This document shows, one piece after another, positions 38,117-47,801 of a DNA stretch of 64,000 nt (position 1 is the first letter of the stretch; every line of letters begins with the position of its first letter). A program made the translations under genes and the position numbers. Source of the DNA: Actinomycetes bacterium (GTDB lineage Bacteria; Actinomycetota; Acidimicrobiia; Acidimicrobiales; SZUA-35). The notes below the pieces were generated by a model that did not search any database, was not told the DNA's origin, and worked only from the letters and a program-made list of their open reading frames with translations. The stretch covers positions 9,064 to 73,063 of the forward strand of contig JAJRQY010000125.1 in NCBI GenBank assembly GCA_024280015.1, read 5' to 3'.

Positions 38117-39024
38117 TATTTGGCCTGGAATCTCTCTGGCTCGATCTCGGTCACTTCGCCACGATCAACCATCCGTTGCAGATGAAGCTCCGCCGTTCGC
38201 CTCTCAACATTGTCGATGAAGTACCCCTCCACGTGTGAGCGGTAAACAAAGCGGTTGTTGACCATGTCGGACAAGGTTCGCGGTTCGACCAAAAATTCGA
38301 GCATGTCCTGATGGCGTCGTCCAATGACGGCATGGAAAGCATCAACCATCTTCAACATGGTCGCCCGACCTTCGATAATGCCCTTGTGGTGGAACGTCAC
38401 GTAGTGGCTGGCTTCTTCGAGCCGAACCTTGTCCAAGCTTTCCTCGAAGTCGTCCAGGCTGCTGAAGACGTCGCCGTAGTAGGGGCCAAAACCTGACAGG
38501 TCGATATCGGACATGAAGAAAATCCCGGTTGAGGTCCGAAAGCCGCTGTGACCTTGGGTGTGGCCGGGCAGGTGAACGGCCTGGACGGTGACACCACCAC
38601 CCAGATCGAACACATCACCATCGGCAAAGCCGGTGGCATCGGGTCGGCCAACATAGTTGAATTCCTTGATGATGTCGTTGGCAAACCCGGCGCGCGCCTC
38701 ACCAACCAGGCCGTAGTCATCCAACATTCTGTCTATGGAATGAATCCCACCGAGGTCGCGGTTGTGGGCCTGTACCCGCGCATCCCGAAACAGTCCGTTC
38801 CCGGGAACATGATCCTCGTGAGAATGGCTGTTGAGGACAAGATCAATAGCAACCGGCGCGCCGCCTCGTTCGACCACGGTGACTGATGGGTCGATGATGA
38901 GTGACTCAGACTTGCCCTTCACCACCATTGAGTTTCCCGATGGATAGGCCCCCAACTTCGCTCCGGCTAGCACGCTGACCGAGTCAGTCAGCACAATCTC
39001 ATCAGGTCCCCAGTCGACAATCAT
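38116..39024 (-). CDS. Metallo-beta-lactamase fold hydrolase
   Basis: SHSHEDH, PGHTQGH and FHHKG, with a C-terminal winged-helix-like tail. Confidence 0.85.
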   Translation of the reverse strand: MIVDWGPDEIVLTDSVSVLAGAKLGAYPSGNSMVVKGKSESLIIDPSVTVVERGGAPVAIDLVLNSHSHEDHVPGNGLFRDARVQAHNRDLGGIHSIDRMLDDYGLVGEARAGFANDIIKEFNYVGRPDATGFADGDVFDLGGGVTVQAVHLPGHTQGHSGFRTSTGIFFMSDIDLSGFGPYYGDVFSSLDDFEESLDKVRLEEASHYVTFHHKGIIEGRATMLKMVDAFHAVIGRRHQDMLEFLVEPRTLSDMVNNRFVYRSHVEGYFIDNVERRTAELHLQRMVDRGEVTEIEPERFQAK

Positions 39025-39063
39025 TGGCTGAGACTACCGGTCGGCGCAATCCTGCGCGAATCT

Positions 39064-39975
39064 GTGTCGGTGTCTGATCTTGATTGGCTGAGCCAACCTC
39101 CCCTTCGTCGACCTCTCCTGCTCTTGGCCTTCAAAGGGCTTTTTGACGCGGCCGAGGCAGCAACAGACTCCCTGGCCTGGATCCGAGACCGGACCGAGTC
39201 GAGCGAGATTGCACAAATCGATCCCGAGGAGTACTTCAACTTCCAAGAAGCCCGACCCATTGTTCGCAAGAATTCCGACGGTGATCGAACCTTGACCTGG
39301 CCGACAACCGTGGTTCACGCTTGCCAGACCGATGACATCCGAGACCTGGTCATTCTGACCGGGATGGAGCCACACTTGAGGTGGCGAACCTACGCCGATC
39401 AGATTGTTGAAGTTGCGAGGGGGAGTGGGGCAGAGATGGTGATCACCGTCGGGGCCATGGTTTCGATGGTGCCCCACAGTCGGCCTTTAGGTGTGACTGG
39501 TTCTGCTGCTGATGCGGAACTGGCGGAACGCCTGTCGCTGGACAAGCCCAGCTATCAGGGTCCAACCGGCGTGGTGGGTGTCATCAATCAGCGGTTGCAT
39601 GAGGTTGGAATCCCTGTCATCTCCCTGCGGGTGGCTGTGCCTCACTATGTGCCGTCGGCACCAAACCCGAAGGCCACTCGGGCGTTGCTTCGTCGAATCC
39701 AACAAACGACCCGAGTGCAAACCCACTATGAGGAGTTGGACGCGGCGGTATCGGAATGGGTGCAGCGCATGGATTCTGCCGTAGCTTCAGACTCCGAGAG
39801 CGCCGACTATGTGCGCCGACTGGAGAATCAGGTTGATTCAACCGAAGAGCTTCTGCCATCCGGTGATGACCTTGCTGCGGAATTGGAAGCCTTTCTGCGA
39901 GATCGCCCGGGAGCACAGGATGAAGGTCCCAGTCCAGACCCGGGTGAGGACGCTGATCCTAACCCACCTAGCTGA
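39064..39975 (+). CDS. PAC2 family (proteasome assembly chaperone-like) protein
   Basis: AFKGLFDAAEAA, IDPEEYFNFQEARP, GMEPHLRW, YQGPTGVVG and VPHYV. Confidence 0.88.
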   Translation: MSVSDLDWLSQPPLRRPLLLLAFKGLFDAAEAATDSLAWIRDRTESSEIAQIDPEEYFNFQEARPIVRKNSDGDRTLTWPTTVVHACQTDDIRDLVILTGMEPHLRWRTYADQIVEVARGSGAEMVITVGAMVSMVPHSRPLGVTGSAADAELAERLSLDKPSYQGPTGVVGVINQRLHEVGIPVISLRVAVPHYVPSAPNPKATRALLRRIQQTTRVQTHYEELDAAVSEWVQRMDSAVASDSESADYVRRLENQVDSTEELLPSGDDLAAELEAFLRDRPGAQDEGPSPDPGEDADPNPPS

Positions 39976-40074
39976 TCAACGGTTGCCAGCACTCGGTAGC
40001 TGTCGGTGATGATGATCACGAGTCCACTATCCTGGAAATGGCCTCCGATGTCCGCAACCTCCAGGGATCCAATC

Positions 40075-40800
40075 ATGAATCAGAACTCCAGTGTTCCCGC
40101 TATCACCCGACGCCGAGCTCTCTACTTCGCCGCAGTCGCGCCGGCTGGTGTCGCGCTCGCGGCTTGTGGCAGCAGTGGCGGGGATGACCCGTCAGCCGCG
40201 CTCGCCACAACTTCGACGGCAAGTCAGACACCGGACTGTGTCTTCACGCCCGAGGAGATCGAAGGACCGTTCTACGCCAACGTTAATCTGATGCGCCGAG
40301 ACATAACCGATAACAAGGCCGGGGCTCCTCTTGAGCTGCAACTCAGAGTTGTTGATGCTGACACGTGTTCGCCAATCGTTGATGCCACTGTTGACATCTG
40401 GCACGCCGATGCAGATGGGGTCTACTCGGCGTTTCCCGGTCAAGGCGATAGTGCAAGCATTGACACCAGCGGCGAGTCATTCCTTCGGGGAGTTCAAGCG
40501 ACCGACGTTGACGGCCTCACAACATTCGCCTCAATCTATCCCGGGTGGTACCGGGGCCGAACAACCCACGTGCACGTCAAGGTCCACTTCGACGACAATA
40601 CCCGGGTCACGAGTCAGCTCTACTTCCCCGACCAGGTCACTGCCGTCGCATACGCAACAGCTTCATACAGTGCTCGAGGGCCCAAAGATACTTCCAACGA
40701 GAACGACGATTTCAGCGCTGCTAACCCTGCGTTGCGAATGACCGTTACCGAATCGGGCGGCTCCTTTGTGGCTGTTCACACGCTCGGTATCCGCCGCTAA
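40075..40800 (+). CDS. Intradiol ring-cleavage dioxygenase-like protein, predicted Tat lipoprotein (copy 1)
   Basis: TRRRAL twin-Arg and LAAC lipobox. EGPFY, WHAD..GVYS and YPGWYRGRTTHVH carry the Tyr/Tyr/His/His Fe ligand pattern. Confidence 0.85.
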   Translation: MNQNSSVPAITRRRALYFAAVAPAGVALAACGSSGGDDPSAALATTSTASQTPDCVFTPEEIEGPFYANVNLMRRDITDNKAGAPLELQLRVVDADTCSPIVDATVDIWHADADGVYSAFPGQGDSASIDTSGESFLRGVQATDVDGLTTFASIYPGWYRGRTTHVHVKVHFDDNTRVTSQLYFPDQVTAVAYATASYSARGPKDTSNENDDFSAANPALRMTVTESGGSFVAVHTLGIRR

Positions 40801-40879
40801 CTGTTGACGACACCGACTTGTTGATGAATCCTTCTCTGAGGGTTGCCGGACCCTGGAGCACGGCTTGTAGTGTCGCCCC

Positions 40880-43768
40880 ATGATCAGCAGCAATGAGGTG
40901 GAGTCAATTCTGCAGTCTGACTTCGGTGTCGAAGCGACCTCGGTCCGACAGCTTGAGGGGGAATATGACGAGAACTTTCTCGTCACGTCGGCCACAGGCG
41001 AACAGAACCTGTTCAAGCGGTGCCGCCTGGTGAGCGATCCGTCGTACCTGGACATGCAAGACGCCGTACTCCTTCACCTTGAGGCTTGTGGCGTTGACGC
41101 CCCGCGGCATGTGCAGACCCGCGTCGTCAATGACCGGACGATCCGCCTACTTTCATGGGTCGAAGGCGACGTTTGGGCTGAGGCTGGCGGGGCTGGACCT
41201 CCAACGAGTGAGCAACTGCAATCACTGGGACAGACCGTGGCGGTGACCGACAAGGCGCTGGCCAGCTTCACCCACCCCGCACTGGGTCGTCACGAGCCAT
41301 GGAACCTACTCCAAGCAGGCCAGCTGCTTCCCGTCACCAACAGGTGGGCAGCGCAAGTGCTCGATGGTGCTAGCACTCTGATCAGGGCCCTGGGAGATCT
41401 GCCCCAACAAGCGATCCACAACGATGCAAACGAGAACAACATCGTGCTCGGGTCCAATGGCTCCCTCACCCTGATCGACTACGGCGATCTCGTCAGTGGG
41501 CCTCGAATTGTCGGCCTCGGCGTGGCTGTGGCTTATTCCATGTTCGGCCACCTCGACCCTCTCCGAGCCGCCTGCGAGGTCGTGGCCGGGTATCACCATG
41601 AGGTTCCCTTGACCCCCGACGAGTTGAGTCTTCTGGATGGAGTCGTTCGACTGCGTCTGGCCTTGAGCATGGCCAATGCCGAACATTCATTGACGGCGAA
41701 CCCGGACAACGCTGCCTACCTCGCCACAAGCCAGCCCGCCGTCTCGGCCTTGGTCAACTTGCTGGATGAGATCGAGCCTGACCTCGCCACTGCTTCGTAT
41801 CGTCAATGCTGTGGCTACCTGCCAATTGCCACACAGCGAAACATCGACTCCTACTTCGCCTCCGCCGAATTTCGACCGGCCCCGATCGTTGAATTGGATC
41901 TGGCGGCCGCCCCAATTCTTGACTGGAGTAGCGATGCTGGTGACAGTACTCCGCTCCCCGCCGATGGGATAGCCATTGGTCGTTGGCGTGAACATCGGTC
42001 GGTGTATACCAGCAATGACTTTCTTACGCCCTTTGGCGATCGTCGCACCCTCCACATGGGGATTGACGTATTCGCCCCCGCAGGGACTGTGGTGGCCTCA
42101 CCTCTGGACGGCATCGTTGTTGCCACCGAAGTCCGGAATAGCCCCGGTGATTATGGCGGCGTCATTCTCCTGGAGTTTGCTGCTTCAGACGGCACACCGT
42201 TCTGGCTCTTGCTCGGACACCTCAGTCACCGAAGCGCTGACGCAGTATCACCTGGCCTCCGGGTCAAGGCTGGCAAATCAATTGCCGTGATCGGCGCTCG
42301 CGAGGAGAATGGGGGTTGGGATCCCCACGTGCATGTCCAGCTCTTCACCAGTCTTCTTGGCAAGCAGACTGATCTTGATGGCGTCGCCAGGGCCAGCCAG
42401 GCTGCTGTTTGGTCCTCAATTTCACCCAACCCTGCCCCCTTGCTGGTTGGGGTTCTCCATGACGCGGTCGCCGCCCCAGCTTCACTGGACGACGCGGCCA
42501 TCATTGCGCTCCGTCGCAGCAAGCTCTCCTCCGCTCTGTCCACCAGTTACCAACGGCCACTTCATATGGTCCGCGGCGACGGATCTCACCTGGTTGATGC
42601 CGACGGGAAGCGTTGGCTTGACCTGGTCAACAATGTGGCCCACGTCGGTCATGAACACCCCCATGTTGTTGGAGCGTTGGCGACTCAGTCCCAGCTACTC
42701 AATACCAACACTCGGTACCTGCATTCCAATATCGTGGAATATGCCGAGCGGCTTTCTGCGCGGTTCCCCGACCCCTTATCGGTGGTGATGCTCACCAATT
42801 CGGGTAGTGAGGCCCTCGACCTTGCGCTCCGCTTGGCTCGTACCGCCACCGGTCGTTCCGGGACCTTGGTCATGGACTGGGCTTACCATGGCAATCTCAC
42901 CTCGCTAATTGCGTTGAGTCCGTACAAGTTCAACCGCCCCGGCGGCTCGGGTCGCGATGAGTTGGTCCGGATCTGCGAACTGCCAGACCCCTACCGGGGC
43001 AGCCACGGAGCGAATGGTGGCGTCTACGCCGCTGATGTTGCCGTCCAAGCTACCTCACTGGCCGCCACCTCGAATCCGGCGGCGGCCTTTTTGCACGAAT
43101 CGATTTCGGGCTGCGGGGGCCAGATCGAACTCGCTCCCGGATACCTCGCTGCGGCCTACCAACACGCCCGCTCTGCGGGGGCGCTCTGCATTGCGGATGA
43201 GGTTCAATGCGGAATGGGCCGGGTTGGCGGAGCTTGGTCGGCCTTTGAGGATCATGGTGTAGTGCCTGACATTGTCACCATTGGCAAACCAATCGGCAAT
43301 GGGCATCCCATGGGAGCGGTCATCACAACACCCCAAGTCGCCAGAGCCTTCCGAAATGGGATGGAGTACTTCAACACCTTTGGTGGCAACCCAGTTTCGT
43401 GTGCTGTTGGACTCTCGGTATTGGACGTCATTCGAGACGAGCGACTACAGGCAAACGCCGATCTGGTTGGCCAGCACTTGGTAGCCGGACTTGGTGAGTT
43501 GGCGCGTCGATATGAGGCCATTGGAGATGTGCGTGGCCGCGGCCTGTTCCTTGGGGTTGATCTCATCAGTGATCAGGAGTTGAGAACCCCTGATCCTGGC
43601 CTTGCGGCCCTGGTGGTCGAGGGCCTTCTTCAGCATGGGATTTTGATCTCCAGCGATGGTCCAGCGAACAATGTGCTCAAAATCAAGCCTCCGCTCGTAT
43701 TTACCGCGAGCGAGGCCGACCGGGTACTTGAGGCTCTTGATGTCGTGCTCAACTCTGTCGCTGCTTAG
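40880..43768 (+). CDS. APH-like phosphotransferase + M23-like domain + class III aminotransferase fusion (hydroxylysine kinase / phospho-lyase type)
   Basis: Kinase: AIHNDANENN..IDYGD. M23: HMGID...GHLS...PHVH. PLP domain: DLVNNVAHVGH, IADEVQCG, TIGKPIGNG, FNTFGGNP. Confidence 0.88.
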   Translation: MISSNEVESILQSDFGVEATSVRQLEGEYDENFLVTSATGEQNLFKRCRLVSDPSYLDMQDAVLLHLEACGVDAPRHVQTRVVNDRTIRLLSWVEGDVWAEAGGAGPPTSEQLQSLGQTVAVTDKALASFTHPALGRHEPWNLLQAGQLLPVTNRWAAQVLDGASTLIRALGDLPQQAIHNDANENNIVLGSNGSLTLIDYGDLVSGPRIVGLGVAVAYSMFGHLDPLRAACEVVAGYHHEVPLTPDELSLLDGVVRLRLALSMANAEHSLTANPDNAAYLATSQPAVSALVNLLDEIEPDLATASYRQCCGYLPIATQRNIDSYFASAEFRPAPIVELDLAAAPILDWSSDAGDSTPLPADGIAIGRWREHRSVYTSNDFLTPFGDRRTLHMGIDVFAPAGTVVASPLDGIVVATEVRNSPGDYGGVILLEFAASDGTPFWLLLGHLSHRSADAVSPGLRVKAGKSIAVIGAREENGGWDPHVHVQLFTSLLGKQTDLDGVARASQAAVWSSISPNPAPLLVGVLHDAVAAPASLDDAAIIALRRSKLSSALSTSYQRPLHMVRGDGSHLVDADGKRWLDLVNNVAHVGHEHPHVVGALATQSQLLNTNTRYLHSNIVEYAERLSARFPDPLSVVMLTNSGSEALDLALRLARTATGRSGTLVMDWAYHGNLTSLIALSPYKFNRPGGSGRDELVRICELPDPYRGSHGANGGVYAADVAVQATSLAATSNPAAAFLHESISGCGGQIELAPGYLAAAYQHARSAGALCIADEVQCGMGRVGGAWSAFEDHGVVPDIVTIGKPIGNGHPMGAVITTPQVARAFRNGMEYFNTFGGNPVSCAVGLSVLDVIRDERLQANADLVGQHLVAGLGELARRYEAIGDVRGRGLFLGVDLISDQELRTPDPGLAALVVEGLLQHGILISSDGPANNVLKIKPPLVFTASEADRVLEALDVVLNSVAA

Positions 43769-43865
43769 GAGCAGACGAACCCGCTGATTGAAAACTCCAT
43801 CGGTCCACCAGTGTGATCGGGAACCACCATTGCCAAGGACCCGTCCGGCGCCGTCGGTTGGCAGA

Positions 43866-45596
43866 TCAGTTCGGCAGATGAGCGGCCCCGCGTAGTTGGT
43901 CAATAACCGCCGCCGGGTCGGCTGGCACCGAATCGCTTCGCCAACCCACCATGAGATCGGGGCGAACGAGGACAAGGTCGGCCCCATAGATCTCTCGTGC
44001 TGCCGGCTCGGTCACTCGCAAGACCTCTAATGGCAATCCCGCAGCGCTGGCTGCCGCGACAATCTGGGATGGGTCTGGTGGCGACTCACCGAGTACGACG
44101 AGGTTGAAGCACGGCCCGAAGCGATCGTATATCGCAGCTCCGTCATCGAGCCATAGGTGTGGTGCGCGATGTCCCGGCCGTGCTACCGGCACATAGGTTC
44201 GGGCGTCGTCGGGCGGTGCCGGTGTCCCGTCGGGTACCACGATGGGCGAGCCTTCGTAGCGGTACCCGAGCAGTGTTCCTGAAGATGAGATCAGCTTCTC
44301 CTGGTCCTTCAAATCGACGCCAAGCTCGGCACGGAAGGCATCAGCGTCCGGGCCGGTGGCATCGAGTTCGTCGCCATATTGCATCACCGCGTAGAGACGG
44401 TCAAAGCAATCGGCAGCTTCTTCGGTATTGCGAATTCCGATGGGGCGTCGTTCAAGCTGGTAGCTGTCCAGCAGATCGGGGCCGGCCCAACCCTGCAGTG
44501 CAGCTTGGAGTTTCCAGCCGAGGTCGATTGCGTCCGACACGCCAGTGTTCATTCCGAACCCTCCGGTTGGGCTAAACAGATGGGCTGCGTCGCCAGCGAG
44601 GAAGACGCGGCCGACGCGATACTTCTCGGCCACGAGAGCGTGGGCCGTCCACGGCTGAACTGAGTGGACTTCGATATCCACCGGTTCACCGAGCACGTCG
44701 GCGACGGCCTTGGCCGGATCGATGGACTCCCAATCCTGACCTTCTTCCAGGATGAGGTGGTAGGTGTAGGTGGCGTCGTCATCCCAGGTCAAGATGAAAC
44801 CCCTGTTGTCCCGGTGAAGTGGAAAGAAGATGTTGCCGTGGCCGAAGGAATGCTTGTTGATCAAGTCGGGCGCCCGGAAGTACAGCGATACGAATGATGC
44901 CAGTGCGGCCCGTCCGTCGAGATCGATGCCGAGTTGTCTTCGAACCGTTGACCGACCGCCATCGCAACCCACCAGGTAGCTGGCACTGACCGTCTCAACT
45001 CGGCCTGACCCGAGGTGCTCAATCCGACACGTGACCGTCTCGTTAGCGCCACCGGTGCCATCATCCGCACTCTCGCCATCCGCACTCTCGCCATCCGCAC
45101 TCTCGCCATCGCTGAAATCCAGTAGACGCCACCCGAAGCGATAGTCGACCGGGGCGAGTCCGCCCACATAGTTCAGGACTACGGCCTCGACCTCGTTCTG
45201 GCCGGTAATGGTCTTGAGGTAGGGCGACCAGGCATGCTCGTCTTCTGCATAGTCTCCGGCTATCCGGCTGGCAACGAGCTCATCAAAAGGAGGTAGAGAG
45301 ATGCGGTGCAGTTCGCGACCATGAAGAGTCGAGACCCACAGATAGTCCGCGGGAGCGTCTGGCGGGATGCCGGCCTTCGTGATGGCACTGTCGATTCCCC
45401 AACGCCGGTAGTACTCCATAGTTCGGCTGGCAACGGCATTGGCACGTGGATGCTGATTAAGTCCGGTGCGTTCCTCGACGACCAGGCATTCGATACCGCG
45501 CCACCCAAGCTCGGCGGCGAGTGAGAGCCCAACGGACCCGCCTCCAGCGATAACAACGGGATAGTGAGTCCGTAGGGGTCCCTCGATATTGATCAT
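43866..45596 (-). CDS. FAD-dependent monooxygenase (PheA/TfdB/RdmE-like group A)
   Basis: IAGGGSVG, LVGCDGGRSTVR, FLAGDAAH, GGFGMNTG, PGHRAPHLW and LVRPD. Confidence 0.92.
   Translation of the reverse strand: MINIEGPLRTHYPVVIAGGGSVGLSLAAELGWRGIECLVVEERTGLNQHPRANAVASRTMEYYRRWGIDSAITKAGIPPDAPADYLWVSTLHGRELHRISLPPFDELVASRIAGDYAEDEHAWSPYLKTITGQNEVEAVVLNYVGGLAPVDYRFGWRLLDFSDGESADGESADGESADDGTGGANETVTCRIEHLGSGRVETVSASYLVGCDGGRSTVRRQLGIDLDGRAALASFVSLYFRAPDLINKHSFGHGNIFFPLHRDNRGFILTWDDDATYTYHLILEEGQDWESIDPAKAVADVLGEPVDIEVHSVQPWTAHALVAEKYRVGRVFLAGDAAHLFSPTGGFGMNTGVSDAIDLGWKLQAALQGWAGPDLLDSYQLERRPIGIRNTEEAADCFDRLYAVMQYGDELDATGPDADAFRAELGVDLKDQEKLISSSGTLLGYRYEGSPIVVPDGTPAPPDDARTYVPVARPGHRAPHLWLDDGAAIYDRFGPCFNLVVLGESPPDPSQIVAAASAAGLPLEVLRVTEPAAREIYGADLVLVRPDLMVGWRSDSVPADPAAVIDQLRGAAHLPN
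45062..45110. repeat. 15-bp tandem repeat x3 inside the monooxygenase gene (DGESA x3)
   Basis: (catccgcactctcgc)x3 followed by catc. Confidence 0.9.
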
Positions 45597-45913
45597 TATT
45601 TCACCTGGTTAGGGATAAATGGTGATGCTGGTTTACCGCGCTCGATCCGGGCGTCGAGACGATGTATCGTGACCGATTCGAACAGGCCAGCTCGGTTGTA
45701 CGGTTCGCCGTTGATGAACTCGGTTGCGGTTGTTCGATCGGTGAATTCCCCGATGATTATGGACCCGATGATGCTGTCGTCGTCGGCCAAGAATGGCCCG
45801 CCTACATACATGAGGTGAGCGTTGTCTTTGATCCAGGATTGGTGTGCAGCGGCCGTTGCTACCCGGATGCTGTTGCTGTCTGGTCGATCGTGCATAAAAA
45901 TGGTGAAGAGCAT
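45596..45913 (-). CDS. YciI family protein
   Basis: RVATAAAHQSWI, GGPFL..D, GSIII and EPYNRAGLF. Confidence 0.85.
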   Translation of the reverse strand: MLFTIFMHDRPDSNSIRVATAAAHQSWIKDNAHLMYVGGPFLADDDSIIGSIIIGEFTDRTTATEFINGEPYNRAGLFESVTIHRLDARIERGKPASPFIPNQVK

Positions 45914-45919
45914 GTGGTC

Positions 45920-46762
45920 CTAGCGGTAGCTGGAGAGGTTGGCGTAGGCGTCGAGGAATGAGCGGAGGATGATGTTGAACCGGGTGGGCTGTTCCATATT
46001 GCTGAGGTGCCCAGCCTTGGGGACAACGGACAGGCGTGACTCAGAGATCAGTGCCAGCATGCTCTCCCCGATGGAGGGGGGTGTGAGTCGGTCGTGCTCT
46101 CCAAAGATCAGCTGTACGGGAACGTCGATCTCGGCCAAGTTGGCGGATGCATCAAAAGCGGTAGTCGCCCTCAGTGTTTTCAGGTAGCTCTCTGGTCGGA
46201 GGGCGACGATGCTCTCGAACAGTTCGGCCGCGACCTCTGGTGAGCATTCTGGCGCCACCAACGACTTGACCAGGGCGGGAGCAAGATCGACGAACGTCTT
46301 TCCCTCCAGCAACGGCTTCTCCCGCAGGTCCAGAAACTCCCGTTGTGTCTCGGCATTCATTGCTTGAAACTCATAGAAACAATCACACAACGTGAGGGTG
46401 GCGACTCGGTCTTTGTGGAGCGGGAAAAACGTTAGAAGTATTCGTGCACCCATAGAAAGACCGACCAGGTGTGCGCGCTCGACGTTCAACTGGTCCAGCA
46501 AGCGGCGGAGGTCATCGGCGAAGTGAGTGAAGCGACGTTCGCCGGGGACGTCCCCCGAAGCGCCGTAGCCCCGGGCGTCCCAGGCAATGGCCGTGAAGTC
46601 TTCGGCCAGGGCGGTGAGCTGTCGAGTCCAGCTGGTGCGGCTTCCCCCGATTCCGTGCAGGAATATCACCGGTGGTCCACCGCCAATAGTGTCACAGGTG
46701 AGTTCTGGCGACCCCTCGATCTGGAATGTCCTGATTAGTAGTTCTGACTCTGGGCTCACCAT
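45920..46762 (-). CDS. Alpha/beta fold hydrolase (NicD/PcaD-like)
   Basis: FLHGIGG, WDARGYGAS, GLSMG nucleophile, GEHDRLTP and AGHLSNMEQP. ATG 46762 lies 1 nt after the upstream stop. Confidence 0.88.
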   Translation of the reverse strand: MVSPESELLIRTFQIEGSPELTCDTIGGGPPVIFLHGIGGSRTSWTRQLTALAEDFTAIAWDARGYGASGDVPGERRFTHFADDLRRLLDQLNVERAHLVGLSMGARILLTFFPLHKDRVATLTLCDCFYEFQAMNAETQREFLDLREKPLLEGKTFVDLAPALVKSLVAPECSPEVAAELFESIVALRPESYLKTLRATTAFDASANLAEIDVPVQLIFGEHDRLTPPSIGESMLALISESRLSVVPKAGHLSNMEQPTRFNIILRSFLDAYANLSSYR

Positions 46763-46763
46763 G

Positions 46764-47801
46764 TCAGTTGCACAGCTCGCCTTGGGCCACCACCTGTTTG
46801 TCGTCAACGAAAACGTCGCAGTTTCGCATCGGTAGATCGAAGTGGCAGTCGGTGAACCGCTCGGCGAACTCGTTGGCCCCGGTGGAAATAAGGAAGCTTC
46901 CGGCGATTGCTCGCAGCTCGGTGCCGTTGATGTCGTTGCGGTCATACATCGTGAGAGCTTCCCATCGCGCCCCTGGATTGATGCCCCAACCCACATGGGA
47001 GATGGCGTAGGCATTGGGGTCATCCCAAGCCTGGTAGTAAGAGCGCATCAGTTCAGCATCCAGGCCATCCCCGGCGATATTGACCACTCGGTCGTGTTCA
47101 ATCGTCAGAGTTACTGGTGTATCGAAGTAGCGCTTGAAGGTGAGGTTGACGTCGCCGACATCGAGCACCACAGTTCCGTTGACGGTGTCGGCGAGCGGAA
47201 AGCAAAGACACAGCCCAGCTGGCCAGTAGGCGATCTTGTCATCTGGACCAAGAATCCCGCCCCCACCGCGGCTGGGGGCTCCCGTGAGATCAACCACGAG
47301 GTCGGTACCTGCAACGGAATGAACACGCATGGTTGAACCGGCATCAAGGGTTGCCAGGGCGGCCAGCGAGGCTTGGTGAATGGCTGGATCGGGCATGCAT
47401 CGTTCGAGTACTTCTGGGTGCTCGTTGGAGATCATCAACACTCTGCCGCCAGCGCCGAGCAGTTCTTGTCGGGCTCGGCTGTGCAGGAGGCCTTCGACAG
47501 TGCAGTCGACAACGAGTGAGCATTGCCCGAGAGCGCGCATGATTTCGGGGTAGTCGTCATAGGCGTAGGTGGTGCCAGTCGACCGGACGGGCACGTTGTG
47601 TCGGAGCGGGGGCGTCGGCACGACTATCCGCACTGGCCTGGCCCCGATTCGGTGGAGTGCGTGCTCACATAGCGCTACGAGGATGTCACGGCTTGTTGTC
47701 TCGGCGAGCACACCGATCAGGTCGCCGCTGGTGACCTCGGATAGGCGAAACGATCTTTCGAAACAATCGATCCACTTGGGTTCGAGCGATTCCTTCATCA
47801 T
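46764..47801 (-). CDS. nicX: NicX-like 2,5-dihydroxypyridine 5,6-dioxygenase (M29 aminopeptidase-like fold)
   Basis: LLHS, EHPEVLERC, GTVVLDVGD, YAISHVGWG, FLISTGAN and CHFDLPMRNCDVFVD align by eye with P. putida NicX. The His/His/Asp Fe(II) ligands (SHxGWG, CHxD) are retained. Confidence 0.75.
   Translation of the reverse strand: MMKESLEPKWIDCFERSFRLSEVTSGDLIGVLAETTSRDILVALCEHALHRIGARPVRIVVPTPPLRHNVPVRSTGTTYAYDDYPEIMRALGQCSLVVDCTVEGLLHSRARQELLGAGGRVLMISNEHPEVLERCMPDPAIHQASLAALATLDAGSTMRVHSVAGTDLVVDLTGAPSRGGGGILGPDDKIAYWPAGLCLCFPLADTVNGTVVLDVGDVNLTFKRYFDTPVTLTIEHDRVVNIAGDGLDAELMRSYYQAWDDPNAYAISHVGWGINPGARWEALTMYDRNDINGTELRAIAGSFLISTGANEFAERFTDCHFDLPMRNCDVFVDDKQVVAQGELCN

Noticed and set aside
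43866-45596. Calling the monooxygenase nicC or hspB
   Set aside because: Its length (576 aa) and C-terminal PGHRAPH/LVRPD domain place it with PheA/TfdB/RdmE-type enzymes, not the shorter NicC/HspB type.
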